Part shown: in pieces, positions 50,817-62,264 of the stretch
How positions within the stretch are numbered: the first letter of the stretch is position 1
Layout: each line of letters begins with the position of its first letter
Assembly (NCBI GenBank): GCA_024137785.1
Contig: JAHRHZ010000283.1
Coordinates: 16,097,451 to 16,161,450 of the forward strand
Length of the DNA: 64,000 nucleotides
Reading direction: 5' to 3'
Source: Ginglymostoma cirratum
Taxonomy: Eukaryota
Made by a program: the position numbers and the translations under genes
The notes under the pieces: model-generated
What the model saw: the letters and a program-made list of their open reading frames with translations, nothing else
Database searches by the model: none
What the model was told of the DNA's origin: nothing

Positions 50817-51056
50817 GGGGTGGCACGGTGGCTCAGTGGTTAGCACCAGTGCCTCACAGTGCCAGGGACCCGTGTTCGATTCTAGCCTCGGGTGACTGTC
50901 TGTGTGGAGCTTGCACATTCTCCCAACGTCTGTGTTGGTTTTGTCCGGGTGTTCTGGTTTCCTCCCACAGATGTGCAAATTAGGTGGATTGGCCATGCTA
51001 AATTGCCTATAGTGTCTAGGGTAGGGTGTGCTTCCACACTTTAGAGATTCTATGTA
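50817..51056 (+). mobile_element. HE1-type V-SINE
   Basis: GGGGTGGCACGGTGGCTCAGTGGTTAGCAC...GTTCGATTC...GGTTTCCTCCCACAG. Confidence 0.92.
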
Positions 51057-51959
51057 TGTCTTTGAACAAAAAGCAGGACAAATCCAACCCAGCCAATTTC
51101 TGTCTACTGATTATCCTTACACATTCATTTTATGTCTGTTTTGTATAATTATTATGTATAAAGTAACTTTGTGCTACATTCTATATACTTTTGTACGAAT
51201 GTTAGGTTTGGTCAGAGATCAAAAGGTGAAGACTGTGCCTCATTATACCTTGTAGCTTATTTCCAAGCAAGAACAATCAGAACAAAACGTACGTAAACAA
51301 GATATTGATAAGCCCTTGTCTTTGGATGGTTTTTCTACAGGCTACTTGTGTCTCATTGGGGATTTGGGACAATATGCCCAAAGATATTGAAGAAATTACA
51401 TTTCATGCATTAGTATCTCAAATGAGTAGATACCAAAAATAATGCAGTGCACCTTGTTATGCAAGAAGAAAATCATAAAACTATAATGAGAGGGATAATC
51501 CCTGGGATAATTAATGTCTTAGGGAAGTGATCAGGAGATAACTGGTATTGGCATCAGCAACTCAGCATTAAAAGGAATCATACACTAATTCTGCATTACT
51601 CAAACCATTCAGAGCCCAAGAACACCAATGATCATACACACAGACTGCATTTTGACAATGTTGATAAGCACCAACTTTAACAGCACGGTGTCTTGTTTGA
51701 GAAAAAAAAGCAAGTGAATGATGGACTGGTCAAGAGAACACAGCAACAGACAAAGAACCACAGTTAGCCGGAAGCCGAGAGCCGGTTCTCCAAAATGAAC
51801 TTACAAATTCCACTGCCATGAGCTCTGTGGAACTGACACATATTTTCAGAATAAACCATGCGCCATGATGCTCTGGAAACATCCAATATCAGGGCATCAG
51901 CATCAAATGGATCTGGTCATCACCAGACATGACTCCCTGAACAGCATTTTCAACACATG

Positions 51960-52505
51960 CAGTGCAGATTGTGATATAGATCACTTCCTGATATGCATCA
52001 GTATTACAATTCTACCTTGCTACTAACTCCACCTTTCTACCTGCTAACTGCCCTTGTTTGAACCAGCCAGTTCACAAATGTGGTATATATAACCACGTCG
52101 CTGTGTCATCAACAAGACCCGCTCTCTCCATATCTGTAATGTCACCTAAACCTACCCCCTATCTCAGTTGATCTCTGCTGAAGACCTCATTCATGGATTT
52201 GTAATTTCCAGACTTGACTGTTCCAAGGCCCCATAAATAAATAAACTTTCCATCAATTTAAGTTCATTAAAAGCTATGTAGCCCATATCTTAACTTGCGC
52301 CAAGTACCGTTTAGCCATCACCCTTGTGCTTGTTGGCCTACATTTGCTCTGTGTTAGGCAATGCCTCAATTTTATCAATCTTCGCCGCCTCCTCCAACCC
52401 CTGCCAAACAGTTCAGTGCAAATTTTGTTCAATAAAGCTCCTGTGAAGTGAGCTCGGATGTTTTACGAAATTGAACATTACACTATATAAATGCAAGTTG
52501 ATGTT
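51960..52505 (+). mobile_element. L2 3' fragment
   Basis: GACCTCATTCATGGATTTGTAATTTCCAGACTTGACTGTTCCAA (LIHxFVxSRLDxSN-like) and tail CTATATAAATGCAAGTTG. Confidence 0.7.
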
Positions 52506-52599
52506 GTTGAAACGTTCTGAAATATTCCAAAGACTATAAAAGAAGAAAAATTCCACAAAGTCTAGCCATCAATCAGCCCAGACCCAGTTTCCATGGCTC

Positions 52600-52942
52600 C
52601 CCCATTAAATAATGGGATGATCAGGGGTTCAAGTCCCACATCAATATCTTGATCCCATCATTTACAGCTGATGTGAAACCATGATCCCACTCCTCCTCAG
52701 ATGGATGTCATTCATAGTAGAATTTCTAGAAAATCACCCCCCATGTCCTGGCCAAGATTTTTTCCCTCACAGCGCATTATTTGGCTATACTTGTTTATGG
52801 GAGCTCTGCGCAAAATTAGCTTGCTACACTTAACTATATAATTGCAGTGCAGCACATTTAAAACAGTGCTTCATTGACTGCAAAGTGCTTTGGGATATCT
52901 TAAAGACACGAAAAGCCCCTTTATATCCAAGTTCTTCCTTTT
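52600..52942 (+). mobile_element. DeuSINE/SacSINE-like element
   Basis: tRNA B-box GGGTTCAAGTCCC, Deu-domain-like GTCCTGGCCAAGATTTTTTCCCTC...TTGTTTATGGGAGCTCTGCGCAAAATTAGC and an L2-type tail GTGCTTTGGGATATC. Confidence 0.7.
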
Positions 52943-53466
52943 ACACAATATATTTGATCCTCCCCAGCGCAGATTTTCACATCTTCCAATAAATATTTAA
53001 TTAACTCTGACTATACTCATCTCAATAACCTTCAATCTCATTCGTGCCGAGATATACGTCCAGCATTTTTAATTGTCATGGCATCAGTACTTTCACACAC
53101 AGGTATTTGTCTCTGGGTGCAGATCATTCTGTACATTTGCAACACTTAACATATAATGTTAATACCCTCCTCTTTCCCATTGCTGTATAATACATTATGG
53201 TGCTGTTATTTTTGACTTTCCTGTTCAAAAACCACTTCAGCTCAAACATGATTCCATTGACCTGCCAATCAAGTAGCCAATCTCTATCTCCAGTTACACC
53301 AACAGAGGCCAATAATCAGATCTAAGTGTTTGTTGGCTTAACTGGCTCCATCACACAAAATGTACAGCATATTTTGTCCAGTTAACTAACAGAGCAATTA
53401 ATCTGCCAATGTATTAAAAAAAACTTACAGAATGATGATAGACAATAGAAACAAAGTCAAAAAGTA

Positions 53467-53562
53467 TAATTCTGATGAAGCATCACCGGAGTTGAGACAT
53501 TAACTCTGCTTTCTCTCCACAGACCTGCTGAGTTTCTCCAGCAATTCCACAGTTCTTGGTTT
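53467..53562 (+). mobile_element. Penelope-derived unit with a degenerate hammerhead
   Basis: TTCTGATGAAG...GAGACATTAACTCTGCTTTCTCTCCACAGACCTGCTGAG. Confidence 0.7.
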
Positions 53563-54039
53563 AATCAAAAACTATAGTAACATTTGTATGTGATACAAGT
53601 GCCATGGTTTAGTGCTATGTAATTTTGATTACCCTGTGGCACGTGATTGCGGTCAGTCGCATTGGGCAAACTGAGGTTAGCTGCTTTTCCACAGCAGCGC
53701 CAGATAAAAGCAACACTTGTAGAGTTCTGAACCATTTCCCAGCTTATGGAAGAATCTGCAGGCCTTCCACCCATTCACTCCCACCTCACGCTTGGTCACA
53801 TTGCCTTCATTAACTCACTAACACTCTTGTTCAAAACTAATCAATAACTACCCCCTACCTCTGATAAATGAATTGTGGTAGGTCATTAAACACCAAGCTG
53901 TGCAGGTTTTGTTGGTGAGCCAGATCAGGACTCATGGTGTAGGCAGTGGAACCAAGATGGACTCTCTTTCAATGAAATCTTTTTAGTCTTAAACCATTCA
54001 AGATTGCGCTGGATTGTAGTGTCAGTTGAAGCTTTTCAC

Positions 54040-54245
54040 TGTATTTTACTGCTGCAGAAGGCTTGAGGCCAAGTCATTGAGTGTATTTAAGACAGAGGTT
54101 CTGGATTCGTAAGAGAATCAAGAATTACAGGGAAAAAAAATCAGGAGAATTGGATTGAGAAGCAGATAAGCCATGACTGAACGGCGAAGGAGGCTCAATG
54201 ATCCAAATTGCCCAATTCTGCTCCTATATTTTATGGTCTATGGTA
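54040..54245 (+). mobile_element. CR1 3' tail
   Basis: GAGGCCAAGTCATTGAGTGTATTTAAGACAGAG...TTCTGCTCCTATATTTTATGGTCTATGG. Confidence 0.75.
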
Positions 54246-55504
54246 GCCAAACTTCAAATTCAAATAATAATTAGGCGTTTAATTTTTATGGACTGTTATA
54301 AAGTGGAGGTTGACACTACAAACCACTCCCCCCACCCAGAACTAAAACCAATTCACCCAAAGAGGAGTACCTCGCCCTATAATCTGCACAAGGAGTATGA
54401 AAAGTGGTGTAACCTGCCTTTCAGCAACTTTGAGTGGTTAAATAAAACAAATCCCTGACACTCACTTTACAATCAACAAGTAATGATCTATTTATCCAAC
54501 TCTAACAGTGAACAAATTAATTAAAATATTAACAAACTGAATAAATCATTTCTAACTGCTAACTATTCCCAAATAAAAAAATTCTAATGGTATGCTGTTC
54601 CAATAAATACAAGTCCCACTTGTATAAAAGAAAACAACTTAGAATTTAGTCTTTCACAATTATAGCCAGGTTGCATGTCTTCTGGAATGTTCTGGGCCTT
54701 CTCTGTCAAGTGTTCTATCAGGAACACCTTCTTCGTTGATTCTTCTGTGAGGAATATTAACTAGTTGTGCTGTACCTACCTCTAATATTTAGATGGTACT
54801 TTCTCTCAGACCTAAGGGAGCCAGCAATTCTCTCTTGACAGCGAAAAGCTGTTAACTCTGGCAAATGGCAGTTAGCTCTCCTGTCTTTGTCCAACTGCCT
54901 ACTTCTTTTACACCCTTGACGACATATCATTTTCTTACACTAGGATTGGTCCTATGTTGTCAAAACCTTCAGATTTAAATTTAATTGGTTTTTAGTATCG
55001 AAGTGCCAGGTTCAAACTGATTGGCTAAATTCAAAACTTGTAGTCTTGGTAAAACTGCTGTTTGGCCTGCAAACTGTACAGCATTTTGATACACATATTT
55101 CAATTCGGCTGCACTCTGTGTACTTGCAAATTTTTTCAAGCTGCTGCTCACAGACATCTATTTTGAATCTCTAAGCATAGGAATGGCACATCATCTTTTA
55201 AAGGGATCACGCAATGATTTTCCTGCTCTCCCACCTACCCCAGCATTTTACAAACACCAAATTCTAACTTCCTACCTCCCAATCCACAAGCACGCTACCC
55301 AACTTCGCAACAAGCGTTAACATGATGGTTACTTTAACTTTATGTATTAGTCCTGTTTTGGTGCTTGACATATACATCCAACTGTATCAGGCATGAATAA
55401 CCTTCAACTGCTTCTGAACAGTCAATGCCCTTTGAGGAGATCAAAAGCAAACCTTCAAGATAACATTGCTTTGAGAGAGTTAAGGTTCTCAGATAAGGCC
55501 CCCT

Positions 55505-57707
55505 TATGGGGTATACTATCTGACTAACTATGCTTTTAGTGGGCTTTTCTACATAAAACACATTGAAAGAAGTGAATTTGTTATAATGGCAGGTACCTCC
55601 ATCAGTCAAAGCCTGGTGTAGACTTGAGACCAGGTACCACCTTGGATGGGATTGGAAGGATTGTTATTCTGAACTTTGTATTTCTTTATTTTTCAAATTT
55701 TTCCCCCCCAAGAATTTGTACTTAAAAATCTGTACCCAGGTACCTTTGTACCTAAAATAGCACTTTAAGTGGCGATTTGTAAACTTTTCACTGTGCTCAT
55801 TTGAGTCCAAGTGACAATAACGCTAATTCTAATTTGCCTCAACTGTAGAACTAGGAAAGAAAAAAAAAGCTGCTCCATGAAGGATTGCTTGAAAACCAAA
55901 ATCTAACCCTTCCCCCATAGCTTGAGGGCAATGTTTGCAACTAGGAAGTGCCAAAAACAGTTCTGTGGGTTGCTCCTCAGATGGTGGAAAGAAAGGGAAT
56001 CATCCCAGTTGCTCTTGGAATCGAGAGTGGGAAAATGTCAGTCACTGCAATGTGGTGCAATTTGTAGGGGGAGGGGAGAGAAGGCATTGGAAGCAATAAT
56101 GGAGGTCAGTTGCTAGGAAGGCAGCAAGACGAGATGTTGTAATCGGCAACAGGAGCCCAGTTCATATTAACACTCAGAACCAAATCAGTCCATCAACAGG
56201 CAACTATTCTGTGGGACAACATTTCAACTCGGTGAGTGGAACCTGACACTTCCTGAACCTCTAATAGATTCATTCTGAGTGTTAACATGAACTCCACCAT
56301 TTTTCTCAGTATAAACCAACTACAAGTCATTGTATGGAAGTGAATTATACTTTAAAAAGTCAAAGTGAAGAAGATAACTCTCTGATAGCTGCATTCCAAT
56401 GCGTGAAAATTCAAATCTGATTCCGCAAAAAAAAAAAAAATCAACTTTCCATTTGGGTATGTTTAAAATTGAAGTGATTCTGTGAAAGTAATAAACTGCA
56501 TCAGCTGTCAATTTAAAATAAATTATCAATTAGAAATTATAAATGAGGAAAACCATTTTTGCTGATTGATAAATCCTAAATTATTCATGACAAATTTAGA
56601 CGATGCTACATGACAATCTTCGTTGTGTTCAGTAGAAACAGCGTCCTATTTAAAATTAATCATTTAATACTTGTCAGAAACATTGGACAGAGCAATGTCA
56701 TGTAATTGTGTTAAGTGTCCATCCACTTAATAACAAATTATTCTTGACAAGTTAATTGTGGAGCTCCAACATGAAGAAGTCAAACTAACTCAGCATTTTT
56801 GTTCATCATACCTTTCGCGGCTCAGCATGGCAGTCTCTTGGCCTAACATGGCGTCTCAGAGTAGCTAAGCGTGAAAGTCTCTTGGCAGCCCAGCATAGCG
56901 GTTTCTCGGCCTACTGTGGCCTCAGCATGGACTTCTGGCCGTGGGATGATTTCAGAGTGGTCTCCTGGCCTCAAGGTGGAGCATGGTCTGGAGTCAAGGC
57001 CAGGCACAGACTAGAGGCTAGGTGCCATCATGGACTGTTATTCTGAACGTTTTATTTCTTCATTTTCAATATCTTCCCCCCATAAGAATTTATACTTAAG
57101 AGTCTGTACCTAAGTGGCACCATAAATTGCACTTTGTAAACTTTTCACTGTACTCATTCAAGTACACGTGACAATAGAGGTAATTCCAATATGCCTCAAC
57201 TGTAGAAGTGGGAAGGAAACAAAAGCTGCTCCATCAGTATTGTTTGAAAGCCAAAATCTAAACCCTCGTCCATAGCTGGAGGACAATGTTTGTAACTAGG
57301 AAGAGCCCAAAACAGTGCTGTCAGTTGTTCCTCGGACGGGGGGAAGAAAGGGAGTCATCCCGGCTGATCTTGAAATTGTGAGTGGGAAACCTCAGTCACT
57401 GCAATGGAGTGTACTTTATTGGGGGAGAGGAGAGGAGGCATTGAAAGCTGTAACAGAGGTCAGCTGCTCAGAGGACAGCAGGAAGAGACATTGTAACAGG
57501 CAATAGGAGTCCAGTTCATATTCATGCTCAGAACTAACGTATTAGAGGATTAGAAAGTGTCAGGTTACATTCAAAATGTTAAATTGTTGTTCTATGAAAC
57601 ATTTGCCCATCGAGTGACTATTGATGGAGGTACCTGCCATTAAACAAAGCCCCTTCTTTTGCTGTGTTTTGTATAGAAAAGCCGACTAAAAGCATCTTTG
57701 GTCAGAA
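55505..57707. repeat. Composite local duplication (direct ~550 bp plus inverted ~180 bp)
   Basis: 55608-56183 matches 56993-57535 directly; 55505-55607 and 56184-56270 match 57539-57707 in inverted orientation. Confidence 0.8.
56480..56790. promoter_or_regulatory. Enhancer-like non-repetitive block with PBX-HOX and MEIS motifs
   Basis: CTGTCA at 56505-56510, TGATTGAT at 56563-56570, several further TGACA/TGTCA and TAAT motifs. Confidence 0.35.
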
Positions 57708-57937
57708 AGCCTTGATGGACTGGGAGGTGGAGGGGTGGGGAGGTGGAGGTGGAGTGTTGCTGTAAAAGGCAAATTGCAGATCTCAACTAAGTCTCACTGC
57801 TGGGCTCCCTGAGTCACAGATGGCCTCAGAACAGGAGTGAGCTGTAAATTGTCTTGTAAAAGAGGTAAGTCTGACTGTGTGATGTGCAAATGAGACACAG
57901 AAAGCAATATCACAGGAAGTGACACAATGGTGAACAA

Positions 57938-58518
57938 GAGATAAAAGGTACTGCAGATGCTGGAGAATCCAAGATAACAAGCATGGGGCTGGATGAACAC
58001 AGCAGGTCAAGCAGCATCATAGGAGCAGGAAAACTTGACGTTTCGGGCCTAAACCCCTCATCAGAAATGGGGGAGGGGAAGAGGGTTCTGAAATAAATAG
58101 GGAGAGAGGGGGAGGTGGATAGAGGATGGATAGAGGAGAGGATAGGTGGAGAGGAGGCAGACAAGTAGAAGAGGCGGGGATGGAGCCAGTAAAGGTGAGT
58201 GTAGGTAGGGGGGTAGGGAGGAGATAGGTCAGTCCAGGGAGGACGGACAAGTCAAGGGGGCGGGATGATGTTAGTAGATAGGAGATGGGGGTGTGGCTTG
58301 AGGTGAGAGGAAAAACAGGTTAGGGAGGTGGGGATGAGCTGGGCTGGTTTTGGGATGCAGTTGGGGGAGGGGAGATTTTGAAGCTTGTGAAATCCACATT
58401 GATGCCATTGGGCTGCAGGGTTCCCAGGCTGAATATGATTTGCTGTTCCTGCAGCCTTCGGGATCCTGCTCCTATGATGCTGTTTGACCTGCTGTGTTCA
58501 TCCAGCCCCATGCTTGTT
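57938..58518 (-). mobile_element. Penelope-like element 3' fragment (GIY-YIG C-terminus) with inverted termini and a 14-bp TSD
   Basis: RRLQEQQIIFSLGTLQPNGINVDF (PLE endonuclease C-terminal motif); ~56-bp inverted repeat 57975-58030 / 58464-58519 with one mismatch; TSD ACAATGGTGAACAA at 57924-57937 and 58519-58532. Confidence 0.9.
58033..58068 (-). ncRNA. Minimal type-I hammerhead ribozyme motif (PLE-associated)
   Basis: AUUU-CUGAUGA-G-GGGU(UUAG)GCCC-GAA-ACGU-C-AAGU: intact core, stem II, palindromic stem III, GUC cleavage triplet and stem I AUUU/AAGU. Confidence 0.7.
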
Positions 58519-58779
58519 ACAATGGTGAACAATCTTGCTGTCTCTTGCAGATGTGTGGTAAGATGAAGCCACAGTTGAACATTTCGTGCATACAGTTAAT
58601 ATTGTTGGAAAAAGTCACGCTTTGTCAAAGTCTTTTGTCTTGCACTCATCACAGAACGTTTGCAAGAACACTAGTGTAATTGAGCTAGAGTGTGTGGTGA
58701 TTATAGCTGGAATCAGTAAGGGACATGGACAGTCTTAGGCAACTAGAATTGAAAATGGAGTACGAAAATCATCCATTTT

Positions 58780-59470
58780 GGATCCAGGAAAGACAAACCT
58801 TAATGTTTCCTTATTAGTAACAGACTGGCAGCAAGGAGATTGAGGTATTTATGCAGAGAAATCACCAAAATCTCGCTCACAGACTAGAGATTAATGGAAT
58901 GCCATCCTTCATTTCAAGATGGAATACACAAGTGAGGAAATGATGCTGCAGTTAACCAGTTAGTTCAACTCCACCTTGAGACCCTGCATTCAGCTTTGAG
59001 TGCCAATGGTTAAGAAATATACATTAAACTTGAAGGAGCACAGTGCAGATTCACCAGGGTTTAAAGAGTTAAATTGCAAATTTTGGCATTTTGCACAATC
59101 TTGCTTTTTTTGTTCCATTTTCACTTACAAAATTGTGGAGTGGTTTTCTGGAGGTCTTAACATGGTCAAGGGAGCCAATAGGGTTGACGGAGATAAACAA
59201 ACAATCTTCTTTGGTGCATTATATTGGAGAGAAATCAAAAAAAGACTTTTTTTACACAATGCATGTTGAGAAATCCGATTTCTTCTTCCCTTATGGCTGT
59301 AAATGTTAAACTAACTGACATTTTGAACACAGATTGTTATTAAACAAAGTATCAGGGATATTGAACAAAAATAAGCAAATCACACTGAGATTCAAATCAA
59401 CCTTGATCTAATTAAATCGGGAACAAACTCAAGGATCTCGAAGACCTCCTACTGTTCCTGTCTGTCCTCT
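58780..59470 (+). mobile_element. Old CR1 3' fragment
   Basis: GATGCTGCAGTT...CCACCTTGAG...GGAGCACAGTGCAGATTCACCAG and tail CCTCCTACTGTTCCTG. Confidence 0.6.
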
Positions 59471-59831
59471 TTCATGGCTGTGAATAATACAGTAATTTGA
59501 AAAGGACTGGTAACTTGACAAGAAAGTTTTATTGATTTTCATAAACACTCATCAGACCTTGAATTTTTTTCACACAAATAGGTAAAGATTCTATATTCAC
59601 TGATGCAGTAAATTATAACCACTCAATGCAAGATAATTGCGATATGTGATTTGGTTAAAAATTGCAACATCCAAACATGAACTCATTGTATCTGCATCCA
59701 AATTTCACTCAGCACATCAAAACAAAGTTACAATGTTAAGGCAGGAAGCACTGTTCTACAGGCACCAACTACCTATTGATGTTTCAATTAAGTGGCAATT
59801 CTCCATTTCAAACCTAAGTGTTCAATGTTGA

Positions 59832-60012
59832 CAAACAGGAGGCTGTAAGAACACAGCAGGCCAGGCAGCATCTCGAGGAAAGGAGCAGTCAGCATTTTGG
59901 GTATTACCCTCCTTTCCTCCAGACGTTGCCTGGCTTGTTGTGTTCTTCCAGCCTCCTGTTTGTCCACCTTGGATTCCAGCATCTACAGGTTTTTTTTTTC
60001 GGTCTCTAAATC
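59832..60012. mobile_element. Penelope-derived fold-back insert with a 13-bp TSD
   Basis: Arms ~59827-59885 and 59909-59968 are inverted; TGTTCAATGTTGA occurs at 59819-59831 and 60013-60025. Confidence 0.85.
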
Positions 60013-60499
60013 TGTTCAATGTTGAGTCATGCAAACCCGAGAGAGTACTGCGCGTCAATCCCATTGTGTCTGCCTGTTTGAGGTCAGGCTCTCCATCCAG
60101 CAGATTTCAGGTGGAAATGAGAAGCAGGAAACCCGGTGTACTTCCCCACTTCTCTCCACGAGGAATCCAGAATTCGAAGGCAAATTCCAATATTCCAATA
60201 TGCTGCACTGATAGAGATTCATTAACTCAGCATAAACTGGGTCAAACTTCTTGCTTATGGACTGTTAGAACACTATATACAGCATTGACTCATAAACAAA
60301 TAGTCAATTATTCTATAATATTTGAAAATTATGGGTGGGTTCCTATATGAAACAGTCAAACAACAGATGCTTACATCTGTTTCCTGTAGCTTGCTTTGTC
60401 CAGAAGAGTTCATTTGCCTAAAAATGGAGGCTTGAGGAGGGGCCACTCCACAAGAAGCATGGCTGTACCCATCATCCAAAGCACATTGCAAGGATTTGC

Positions 60500-60613
60500 A
60501 GACTAGTACTCAACCCGCTGGTCAATGTTATGCATCTTCCTTGGCAATCAGGCTGGGACTTGAACCGGGGGCTCCAAGCTCAAAGATGGGGATGCCACCC
60601 ATTTTACCACAAG
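60500..60613 (-). mobile_element. Short tRNA-derived SINE variant
   Basis: Reverse complement GTGGTAAAATGGGTGGCATCCCC...CCGGTTCAAGTCCC...CATAAC...GGGTTGA. Confidence 0.55.
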
Positions 60614-61949
60614 AACTCCCAATATTTAAAAGGCTACATTTACATTTAAATATGTTTCTGTTTAAACATTTTTAAAATAGATTCAGTCCAATTTCAGCCC
60701 AAATGACCCAAGAGGAAATAAAACTCATTTGTCATGCTGAGTAACACAAACCAGAAAGATCCAGGTTTAATCCCTATCTTCTTTTCAATAACTGTTCCAC
60801 GTCTACATTATGATGGAATAATCAAGTAGGTTCAGCATTCTCAAATCAAAGAAGAGGAAAATCAGCATGAGCTCCTGCTCATAAATAATATCCAATCTCC
60901 TTACTGAAAAGCCTGTTTGCTTGAATGTAAGTCTATATGTTTTGCATATACCGACAGACACAATGCAAAGTTGTGATTGGGCTACTTACAATGTTCAGAA
61001 CCTGTTGACACTCACTGTCAAAGCTCATGCGTGCAAAACTCAAGAAATTGCCTCCAGACCGCACAGAACTATATCTACACTGAAGCAGAGCTCAGAGTAA
61101 CTTTAATGGTTAGGAATCCATGGGATCAAACAAAATGTTCTTATAAATCTTATCCAATATTATTTTCCAAAGAGGAAAATGGAGAGTAAAACTAGGCAGG
61201 CAGTAAAAGCCAGAATTGTACCCGAGACTGTATCAATCTCAGCAAGGTCAGCTTCTGGCCTTCAGGAAAATAAGGGGAAAAGCAAGCTATTTTTCTCTAA
61301 CAATTGCCAATATCTCCAGTAGCACTGCACCAGTGTCTGCTTGACAAAGACTTACTTTGGATTTTATGATTCTTGCTCCGTACTGATGCTGTAATATCTA
61401 CCTTGTGCCAATAGACTCCTGCGTCATTCCAATTGCTATAATGAATCTCAGGAGGAATACGAATTTGTGAATGAGATCATTCATCAATAGGGTTGAGTCT
61501 CATTATAAAGGATGACAGCTCAGAGGCAGTAGGCGGTGAGTCAGCCCTGGTGTTGACTTCCTAAAGTCAGTATCAGTGCAGCATCTCCCTGACAAAACAC
61601 AAGAAGCTGAATCTTGGATGATGAATGCAGAAACAGGAATGCAGTGTAGTCAATCCTTTAGGGTGAAGCAGCACCTATTGAATCCATAGACAACCTGCAC
61701 GTAAAAGGGCTGAACTGACAAGGATGGCGAGAAGCCTGATGTGCATCACTAGAATATATGACCACTCCTAGCTCTAGGACCACCTCTAGCTAGTGAGAAA
61801 TCTGCAGAGTGGGGCTCCCAACTTTATCTGTTACATTTCTCTCAATAGGGCAGAAAGTTCACCCCTCCCACCAACAAGCGTCTGTTCCAACCTGCCTGAG
61901 TCAAGTGACCCCTTCTACACTCCCTGTAGGCAGATATCTTGAGCTTCTC

Positions 61950-62092
61950 AAATAAAAACCAAAAGAACTGCGGATGCTGTAAATCAGGAACAAAAACAAA
62001 GTTGCTGGAAAAGCTCAGCAGGTCTGGCAGAATCTGTGGAGGAGAAAACAGAGTTAACGTTTCGGGTCCGGCGACCCTTCCTCAGAACTGAC
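61950..62092 (-). mobile_element. Penelope-derived 143-bp unit with TSD
   Basis: Flanked by TCTTGAGCTTCTC (61937-61949) and TCTTAAGCTTCTC (62093-62105); the best-preserved copy of the family. Confidence 0.88.
62052..62089 (-). ncRNA. Minimal type-I hammerhead ribozyme motif
   Basis: AGUU-CUGAGGA-A-GGGUC(GCCG)GACCC-GAA-ACGU-U-AACU: perfect 4-bp stem I, 5-bp stem II, CUGANGA/GAAA core and palindromic ACGU stem III. Confidence 0.8.
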
Positions 62093-62264
62093 TCTTAAGC
62101 TTCTCTGAGAGTCATACAGCACATAAAGCCCTCACGTTGAACACACTCAGGACAGGCACTAGCTGAGTGTTCAGAACTGGTATAAAAAGCACAGCTGCAG
62201 AGCTGAGAGCTGCCAGTGTAAAAGATGAAATGAAGACCACAGTTAAAACACTACTTCACAGAAA

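Noticed and set aside
50817-50890. tRNA gene
   Set aside because: The A/B boxes belong to SINE heads (the same applies to the other HE1 and short-SINE copies); there is no complete cloverleaf and SINE bodies follow.
54293-55215. Possible ~900-bp solo LTR (TG...CA)
   Set aside because: No TSD or second copy in the window; the evidence is insufficient.
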